DNA of 64,000 bases from Entomortierella parvispora E1425. Taxonomy: Eukaryota; Fungi; Mortierellomycota. The notes under the pieces are model-generated. The model searched no databases and had not been told where the DNA came from. It worked only from the letters and a program-made list of their open reading frames with translations. The stretch spans positions 1,240,001 to 1,304,000 of the forward strand of contig BQFW01000013.1 in the NCBI GenBank assembly GCA_020891255.1, written 5' to 3'. Positions 34,987-43,779 of the stretch are shown in pieces; position 1 is the first letter of the stretch, and each line of letters opens with the position of its first letter. Made by a program: the position numbers and the translations under genes.

Positions 34987-37900
34987 ATGGGTGTCGCTAA
35001 TGCCTTTGCGCCTCTGAAAGACTGCAAGGCCATCAAAGTCATCGACCCCAAGTCCTTAGATGGGTGTCATATCGATGGATCTGCAGTCTCCTATATCAGA
35101 CTCAAAAATACAGAAGGCCGTCTTCTCCTCAAAGCGTTCAAAAAGCAAGCGAAGGAAGTTAGCACAGCAAGCACCACGGCTTCCCCGTTGCCCCTGGGAG
35201 AATGGGATAAGGAAAACAAATTGTGGCAATTTCCATCTGCTGAACGGCCTGATGGCTCATTTTCCCAAGACGTATCCGTCAGCGTCCCCCAAAGGATATC
35301 CGCTCTTCACATCTCAAGCCCATCTTCGACCTCAAACAAGAACCCCTCCACAACAATCCCGGTTGTTCCACGACAGCCGCTTATTCAGCCCCCGTCATAT
35401 TTTGGACCAGCTTCTTCTGTGTCAGCTTCATTCCCACCAGGATCGCAGCCACTTCCAGACAACGTCTGCCACGAACTCAATAGAGCGCGCGACGAGATAT
35501 TGCCTGTTCTTGCCAGGTCCATGGACAAAATGTTTGACAACAACTACAGCAAGTCGTCCGACTATATCCATTACGATGGGACACCTACAGCTGAGAAGGC
35601 TTTTGCCCGTGAACGTCGGCTCAAAGCCAGCCTACCTGCATCTGTCAAAATGTCTGACATGCTCGCTTCGACCGAAAGACGGCTTTTACAGTTGGAATCG
35701 AAAAAAAACCTGTCCAACAATCAGCTTCGTCGGCTCAGGAAGTATCTCGGGCGCGTCGTGTTTCCACACTGGCTCAAGTGCCGTAGTGTTGACCCCCGAA
35801 CAACTAAGAATGTCGCCCTTGAACTCCATGACTCTCATGGGTGGCGTTTGCACGTCTGCAATGGCCAGTTCGACATTTGCGCTGGAAAATTGGCCCGCGA
35901 TGACCCAAACCTCACGGTGGTGACCACCGACAGTGATCTCATGTTCATGGGGATTAAGGAGTTCGTTCGTTTCCAACCTAGAGGCACCCGGTTCTATTCC
36001 TACCCTGTCGAGGAAATGATTACATTTTGTGGACTTGAATCAAAAGAGCAGTGGGTCGCAGGCGCCGTCGTAAGTCTTAATGACTATGACCCAAGCATCG
36101 GCCGGACGTCGTTCAATAGCGCCATCAAGGCAATGAAGGCCATCCGAGAGGATTTGCTTCGCGAGGACATTAATCCTACTGTTGAGGCGCATGTCGCTCA
36201 ATTCTGCTCGAAGAAAAAGGATTATGTTGAGAATGTCCAGCAGTCCATCAGTAGCTTTGTGAATCTGCAAGAGACGTTTCTTGAACAAAACCAACAGGTC
36301 AACGACGTTCTCGACGACTCGATCCGCAGGATAGTTTTTCGTTTGGGAGTTTTGACGAGCCGGTAAGGGTGAAATTTCACGAAAGACGTTATCCTGTCGT
36401 TATAACTACCAACCAATGTATTCATCATGACTTGTGCATTGCCACTTTACTGCCATCTTAGGTATCGTCAGTCGCGCATGCCCCAATCAGATGAAGGGTC
36501 GGCCATGAACATGTTTAGCGTGTCGTCAGCCGCGTTGATTTCTCCTCAGCTCGATGCGGTAACGGACAATATCGTCAGCGTGTTGGCACTTTGTCCGCCA
36601 GAGCCCGATGCTGGCTCAACCGTCGAACTGTCAACACCTCCTCCAACCACCACAAGCAGTGATCTCGATCCTGAAGTAAAGCTGAAAAAGAAGCACCGTC
36701 GAGGGTAAGACCAATGATTCTGCTGCTCGATGTTTGCACTGAAATACGACAGGCATTTGACCTTTTTTTGAACTCCTATCTTCTTCATGTCTTTATCTTT
36801 CTTTAAAACACAGCTATTGTCGGTACTCCTCTGGCCATAAATACTGCCCCAAGGCATTCTCTTCGGTCTACATAAATCCAAGCAAGAACACTGAGCCCAT
36901 CGGCTGTAGGAACATGACCATTGGCCGACCTGCTCTCAAATTCAAGATCATAGTGAAGAGGACGAAGGAGAGGAGGGCGAAGACAGTTTTCCAGCCGATG
37001 AGGATATTCAGAGCGTTGAGTCTGTCCCTCAGGACAAAAAGTCCAAAGCTGCCAAGGAGAAAAAGGCCAAGGCCGAAGAGAAGAAGACAAAGGCCGAGGA
37101 GAAAAAAGCAAGGGTTGCCGAAGAGAAAAAGGCGAAGGTCGAGGAGAAAAAGTCGAAGGCTGCCGAGGAGAAAAAAGCAAAGGCCGAGGAGAAAAAAAAA
37201 TCTAGAAAGCGACCGAGTACGACGACCTACGCCCCATCCAAGAGGAGGGCCCGAGACGAGGAAATGAAAGGAAAAGGAACTGCGGAGCAAAATGCGGATG
37301 TAAAGTCTCGGAAGAGAAATACCACCAATATCATTGGCGACATTGTCGGTGGCCATTTTCCACTGGTCGCGATGAGACCTGGCCGACTCGAGTCATGCCT
37401 CTCTCACAGCGTAAAAAAGTCGTTTCCGTCGCTCAGCGAAGACGACCGCACAACATTGGTTAAGTACATCGTCACTGTCATACGTACCATGGCCAAGGTC
37501 CATTCCGATCTCCTACGTGAGGGTCTCCTGGCGACGGAGCTCTACATCGCGACCGTATTCAAGGAGTACCCGGCAATTGATGGCGACCAAGCGCTGAGCG
37601 ATGCACAAGAGAGGAGGAGCTGGTTCAATAATCTCTTAACCCCAGCGTATTGTGGCCCATTTTTCCAGCGACTTCTCCGTCGAATGATCTACTGGGGCTC
37701 TGATGATTCTGGACTCGGCAAGACTACGTCAAAGACAGCAACAGATGCTGATGATCTTTTCGAGAAGTACAAGAAGCTCACCGAAGCTCGAAGTGCAAAG
37801 CCGTTCTTACCTAATGACGGAGACATTTGTGACAAAGCATTCATCGAGCAATGTGCAAGAGGTCTCTCTGACATGGTCGGGAGCCATGTATTCAAATTTA

Positions 37901-40491
37901 CTTTGGAACTAAAGAAGAGGGTAAGTCCTTGCAACAAAAGCTATCCTATTCTTTGCGAGCTTCACCATGACTCTAACCACACCGAATTTTTAACTGCGCA
38001 TTGTAATAGGTCATTCTCAACAACCCTGCCTGGGCTTCCTCTGTCTGTGGAAAGGAACTGTTGAACTCGATCAACGACGACGGCAAGTCTGACAAACACG
38101 ATCGGCTTAGCATGCACTTGATTATGAACATGATGCTTCCCGCAGCAGTTCAGGTCAAAACTCTGCCTGAAGTCGGGTTCGCCGACGGATTCTTCACGGT
38201 GACTGAGCGTCAACTTATTAAATGTCTTCTGAAAGACTGCAGGTTGACCAACAATCGCAAAAAAGGCACAAGTGAGAAGGACCGACAAGCCCAGATTCTC
38301 AACAGTATTTTTGGAGCAAAGACGTCAGCCGAAGCCAACACGCAGGACGAGGTCGGACGACTTTCCTTCTACCTTTTCCTCAACGGTCAGAATACTAGCT
38401 ATCGCCGTGGGGCAAACGTGCTCTGGGCCAACGATGACTTGAATGCCTCGTCCTCGTCGTCCTCGTCATCTCTGCCATCGAGCAGTACAAAATGTGCTCT
38501 GCAATCGCTACCCCTCCATTCGAGAATGCTCCTCGAGCAAAACGTTGTCGAACAGATTGAGGAAGTCTCGGCGAGACTGGATGATATGCCCGCTAGTGAC
38601 TCTAGTTATCAAGCCACCAAGGATGAGCTCAGATCCATTGTACGTGACGGTCTCCAGAGCCCTGAACGTTATCAAAGGCAGATCGACGATGCCAGCCCAG
38701 GGTCCAAGCGACCAAAATACGTTCTGAGTGGGGATTTCTCAACGAATGGTTACGATCTGCGTGTCATGGCCTACAAACTGACCGAGAAAAAACGAGCTAC
38801 AAAGACAACAGCGTCGAATGTCGCGGAGGGGTCGTTCACTTCAAGTTCCGCCGGTCCGTCTCGGTTGGCTGTGGATGATCCATCCAGTACTGGGCCTGTT
38901 CTCTCTACTTCCATCGAGATGGAATGGGAATCAAATCTCCCTCCAAGCCCCGAGAAGCAGACATCGAGTGAGCCACCGCCAGCACCTGCACTAGTATCAG
39001 TAGTGGCGTCGGGTGCAGCTTTGCCTTGGTCAACTGCACCAGTTTTGAATGGATGGCCATACATCTATGATGAATTCAACACACAGGATACAATCGACAA
39101 GCTGCACGAAGGCACTGTAGGCATGCAAATTGGCATCCGAGCTCTTTGTTTGGACCCAGGAGTCGCCTGCACAGCCACAGGCACATTGGTGCACTCCAAC
39201 TTTGAACATGATGCCATCAACTTGGTCATTCCTCGCGGCCTCAGAGACACAATCAACAGACGGTACCGCAAGCATCAAAGTAATCTCAAGTCTGCAAAAG
39301 GGATCCCAGACGTCGAGGCGAGGCTAGTATCGATGAAGCCGGTCCAGGTCGGGATGATTGCCCAGGGAGATCGGGACCAAATCATGGAGGATGTCCAAGA
39401 AAAAAACGAAGCACAGACGGGCCTAGCCATGGAAGACGTACAAACGAGCTCCGGCGATGAGTCATCGCAAACAGAGATGGGCATGATGACCTTGACCGCA
39501 GCCATGATCCAGGCTGCCCAAGAGTTCGAGTCAGCGGTGAAGACTCACATCGTGAGCCAAGCAAAAGAGTCGCCAACCCTTCGAAGTTATTACGGCAGTG
39601 TGAAGTTCAAGAAAGACAAGTATGACTACCGTGAAGCTATCCGTCATGATCTCGACTCAGCCACCACTGCAGTTCTCAGGATGCGGCACTTTGTTCCCGA
39701 TCGGCAGCCGACGGCGGATGATCTCCAGACAATCATCAACACTGTCTTGGAGGACCCCAGGAAGGCCAAGAAGGATGTCGAGGCTCTACCAGGGGTCAAA
39801 AGCTACGACTGGATATCTTACCAAAATGCTACGAAAGACTCTGGCCAGCTCTCGGGTGATGAACTCCATGCTTTCTTGTCGTCGGACCCTGTCGTCAAAA
39901 GCCTGGAAAAGATGGCTAGATCATTGTTCAAAAGGGGCTATCTGAGTCTGAATCGTCTCTCGGACCACGATCGTAACGAGTTTCTAGCCTCGCCCTTCAT
40001 TATTGGTGTTGGAGATGGGGATTATCGACGGTGGAAGGGTCAGAGTCATGGATGTGGAAAATTCACAGAGAACTTGATCAGACAGGCAAGCGCTGGCAAT
40101 CTATGAGTGTGAGTGTGTCAGTGGAGTGTGAAGACAAGTTTCTAATATCTGGAAATTTATTTGGATGAAATAGAGGCGAGATCTGGCCAAGGACCTTGCC
40201 AGGAACAAGGAAAAGAGGCCCACTGTCATCAAGCTTGTCAAGATGCCCGAATTCCGGTCTTCGGTGTTTTGTTGCTCGTGCCACTTTCGCGTGAAAGAGG
40301 AGGGCCGATCGGTCATCTGTGACGAGTGCCACAAGAGCCGCGACCGGGACCACAATTCTGCCACGAATCTGTCGCATGCGGCCATACACTTTCTTCGTAA
40401 ACGAGAGTGGCCTGCTCCTCTTGATTTTACAAAGGCGAAGCTTGCGGATCTCGCCGACCACGCCGACCACGCCAACAACAACGATGCTTGA
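34987..40491 (+). CDS. XPG/FEN1-like nuclease-Fanzor1 (TnpB-like RuvC/Zn finger) fusion. Exons 34987-36362, 36462-36704, 36814-37920 (one frame break), 38010-40085, 40174-40491; ~1,700 aa if the break is repaired
   Basis: PIN motifs MGV, HIDGS, YDGTPTAEK...RERR, TTDSDL and VSLNDY. RuvC-I LCLDPG (D at 39153), RuvC-II region IIGVGDG with downstream MPEFRSS (E at 40249), zinc ligands CCSC/CDEC, RuvC-III RDRDHNSATN (D at 40348). Four introns splice in consistent phase. Confidence 0.8.
37033..37200 (+). repeat. Coding AEEKKAK-type charged repeat inside the fusion gene
   Basis: Translation KAAKEKKAKAEEKKTKAEEKKARVAEEKKAKVEEKKSKAAEEKKAKAEEKKK in the frame continuous with ORF 37264. Confidence 0.85.
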
Positions 40492-40607
40492 AGAATGACT
40501 TTAAGCCATATTTTTACGGTATGTCATCATGTGATCTGTTAATTTGCGATTTGTTTTCACTGACTCTTGGACTGTTGGGAATAGGTGCCTGCCACTGTAC
40601 AGGTGAA
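40492..40607 (+). ncRNA. Candidate Fanzor omegaRNA: scaffold ~40492-40587 plus flank-derived guide ~40588-40607
   Basis: Lies between the stop codon and the right inverted repeat. Imperfect hairpins at ~40495-40527 (ATGAC...GTCAT) and ~40556-40581 (TTC-CTGAC...GTTGG-GAA). Inferred from known TnpB/Fanzor architecture. Confidence 0.4.
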
Positions 40608-40612
40608 GTTTT

Positions 40613-42380
40613 TCAATGTGCTTCCTCAATCTCTAACAACGCTGCCTCTGTGGGACCAGACCATACAGCCACCTCTTGTGTGGTGCTCTCCATGCATTCG
40701 ACGGCCATTTGTGTACGGAGAGCGTTGGCAAAGGCCTCGTCCTCGGCTTGATGCTGTTCGCCGTCAAGAACCATGCGTTCGATTTCTTCACTCGTGAGAT
40801 TTCCGTTCTCAGCGCTGACGGTTAGCATGTTGGAGAGATCAGCAGACCTTTGGAACGCAGAAACGATCAAGACTCCGTTAGGGTCCACCTCAAAGATGAC
40901 CTCGATCCTGGGCACCCCACGGGCCGCGGGGGGGATGCCACTGAGTTCCAACTGTCCCAGAAACCTGTTGTCACGAGTGCGAATGCGCTGGCCTTCATGA
41001 ATCCGGAGGAGGATGCTGGTTTGATTGTCGGCCACGGTGGTGAAGTACTCTGATTTCCTGGTGGGCATGGTTGAATGTCGCCCGACAATTGTCGCCATAA
41101 CGCCTCCCAATGTTTCAACTCCAAGAGACAAAGGAACCACGTTAAAAATACAGCAAAAGTTACAGGAATCGATCCATTTATCATCGGAAAGGATCGCGGC
41201 TTGTACAGCGGCGCCATGGGCAACGACCTCCTCAGGAGGAATGAACTTCAGAAGCGCCCTGTTGTTGAAAAACTCTGATACCATCTCTCGGATTTTTGGG
41301 ATACGGGTCGAACCTCCGGAGAGAACAACCTCCTCCACGAGCTCCTTCTTGAGCCTCCCAGTACTGAGAATGTTTTCAAAATGTTCAAGGATCGAAGCAA
41401 AGAGATCCTGATTCAACTCTTCGAAACGGGATTGAGACAAACTTGAGCGGAAATCATGACCGTCGTACAGAGACGCGATCTCGAGGAAGATCTCATCCTC
41501 CGTGGAAAGTCTGCACTTTGCCTCCTCGCAAGCCGACTCGAGTCGCCAGAGTGCAGTGGAGTCTCCACGAAGGTCCTTGTCGAATTTGCGCTCAAACTCA
41601 CTGGCAAAGTGGTCGACGAGTCGTTCAGTGAAAACATCGCCTCCAATGCACCTGTCCGTGACTGTACCCGTCATCTCGAAAATTCCCTCCTCGATCAAAA
41701 AGGATGAGATGGTCAAGATACCACCTCCCAGGTGAAGTACCATGATACTCCTTTCACGTTCCACTGGGGCTACCTTTTCCAAGCCGTAGGCAATGGCGGC
41801 GGCTGTTGATTGATTGATAACACGAAGAACCTCCCATCCTGCCAGTTTTCCTGCATCTTTGGTCGCCTGTCGTTGAGCATCATCAAAGTACACGGGCACG
41901 GCGATCACCGCCTTTGTAACATCGGTTCCCAGAAATGAATCGGCATCCTTTTTCAGCTTTCTCAGAATAATGGTCAAGATATCCCTTGGCACTACCTCCT
42001 TGGTCTCACCCGCATGATACAGTCGAATGCCGGACTTGCTATCCCTGCAACCAATTCGTCGCTCAGCGCCAAAAGGGGCGTTGGATAGATCCTGACTCAT
42101 CTGCTTCTTAGCATCGTCTCCAGCCGGCAGGCCCGTGTCCGAGAAGGATACAAAGCATGGTGTCAGGTTGTCGCCCTGAATGTTGGTAATGATCTGAACA
42201 ACGTCGTCCCGACAAGTAGCAATGCAGGCCGTTGTGGTGCCCAAGTCAATTCCAACAGCTATAGATTGAAAATGAAAGACGATTTGTTAGCGCTGCCAGC
42301 CCCGGGAAGGATCTAGAACAATAAAAGAAATGTAATGCCTGTCAACAAAGAGTATCGTTACATAGATTATCACTGTCCAT
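40613..42380 (-). CDS. Divergent Hsp70-like protein with degenerate ATPase motifs and no lid/EEVD; 2 exons
   Basis: GIDLGTT, AVIAVPVYFDDAQRQATKDAG, VVLSGGSTRIPKI and PQ/RIEVxFxVDxNG-type substrate-binding domain. First exon MDSDNL is joined through an intron with a CTAAC branch site. Confidence 0.9.
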
Positions 42381-42752
42381 GAGCGTGTGTAATCTGAAGA
42401 GGTATAAAAGAAGGGATAAAAGAAAAAGAGACGACGGGTGAAACGAAACAAAAAGACAAAAGATGAGGAAAAAAAAGAAAGGTGGGCTTTGACCTTCACG
42501 GAGCAAGCAATTGAACGGCCCATGGCATTGGGACCACGTGTTCATCGTCACCATTGAGCAGCAGGGGGACAAAGAGTCGATACTGATCGCAATGGTACCT
42601 GGTACCAAACCACTACCAGTACCGTAACCTGAGGTACGAAACATGCATTTCTCAGTTTTATTTCATCTTATCCACTTTATCTCCTAACGGTCGCTCTTCC
42701 AAAGAGTTCAGCGGAACAGTCTGCAGGTCCAGTCCAGTGGTTGTTGGACAAG

Positions 42753-43517
42753 TTAAACGTTATTGGACAGGTCAAGAGTAGACATGTACTGAGGTCCCTG
42801 TCCAGATTCCATAGCCATGTGCATGGTGATCATGGCAGCACCGCTCTGGCCCATGGGTCCTCTTCCCGTAATCTGTTCTCTCAGGATGCGCAATTGCATG
42901 GGCATGTTGGACTGGCCGTAGTAATCAATGATGCCCCCCTTGTCGACCGCGCACTTCAGGTTGGAAAACTCGTCCGTCAGTCCAAACGCCACACACTCGT
43001 CCAGCTTGGTCGTTCCATCGGCCGCTGTCCACCAAGGAGGCAAGAGGCCGCTCTTCCTCTGCGCTTGCTGCAAAAAGCTCCTGAAGGGGATCCTGCTGTC
43101 GGGGCTGCTGCCACTGTATAGACTGTTCTCTGGCGTATGGTTCTCAAACTTGTAGTCGTCATCCAGCATGAGACGGAAAGAGTCGATCAAGAGCCGGAAC
43201 ACGTCCTTCTCGGATCGGTTGTGGAGCCAGGTCTTGTGGTGCAGATGCGTAAAGGGCTTTGGCAGGGTGCTGTCGAGCCCTTTGGGGACGACAGGCGTTC
43301 CAGAATTGAAGTTGTGGGTTCCCTCGGGCGTGGTCAAGACCACAGGCTCGACCGTGCCAGCAGCGAGTCCACACTTTTTCTTGTGCACCTTCCAGTCCGC
43401 GGTTTGACAGGCGCGCGAGCAGTAGAGCACAGACTTGCACTTTGCGCATCGCTTCAGTGCAATGCCGCCCTCGCCTGTAGTCTTGGAGCACTTGGCACAC
43501 TTTGGAGCATCAGCCAT
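42753..43517 (-). CDS. MYND-type zinc finger protein, intronless (254 aa)
   Basis: CAKC...RCAKCKSVLYCSRACQTADWKVHKKKC, followed by a conserved-looking helical domain (WLHNRSEKDVFRLLIDSFR, LLPPWW, MPMQLR). Confidence 0.85.
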   Translation of the reverse strand: MADAPKCAKCSKTTGEGGIALKRCAKCKSVLYCSRACQTADWKVHKKKCGLAAGTVEPVVLTTPEGTHNFNSGTPVVPKGLDSTLPKPFTHLHHKTWLHNRSEKDVFRLLIDSFRLMLDDDYKFENHTPENSLYSGSSPDSRIPFRSFLQQAQRKSGLLPPWWTAADGTTKLDECVAFGLTDEFSNLKCAVDKGGIIDYYGQSNMPMQLRILREQITGRGPMGQSGAAMITMHMAMESGQGPQYMSTLDLSNNV

Positions 43518-43527
43518 GGTTGAATTT

Positions 43528-43651
43528 GAATGAATGGAGGAATGAATGGAATGAATGGAGGAATGAATGGAATGAATGGAGGAATGAATGGAATGAATGG
43601 AGGAATGAATGGAATGAATGGAGGAATGAATGGAATGAATGGAGGAATGAA
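43528..43651. repeat. 21-bp minisatellite (AATGAATGGAGGAATGAATGG)n, ~5-6 copies, just 5' of the MYND start codon
   Basis: Direct reading of the sequence. Confidence 0.95.
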
Positions 43652-43779
43652 CGAGGAGTGGATCGAGAGGAAAAAAGAAAGACAACGGCGCGTGGGAAGC
43701 AAATAAAGTGGCGCTGGGTCCCTGGCAAGGAGTGGATCAGAACGCCACCAACTTTGTTTTTATTTTTCTTCTGGCGCCG

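Larger units (their letters stand above)
34366..40587 (+). mobile_element. Putative TIR-bounded, transposase-less element carrying the XPG/PIN-Fanzor gene
   Basis: Left end CACCTAGTCCCAACA (34366-34380). Right end TGTTGGGAATAGGTG (40573-40587), whose reverse complement is CACCTATTCCCAACA, a 14/15 match. The repeats sit just after the sulfatase 3' end and just before the Hsp70 stop. No perfect TSD (CGT vs CCT). Confidence 0.6.

Noticed and set aside
36914-37267. Arg-rich 117-aa ORF that looks like a protamine or NLS protein
   Set aside because: It is the shifted-frame reading of the AEEKKAK repeat of the fusion gene.
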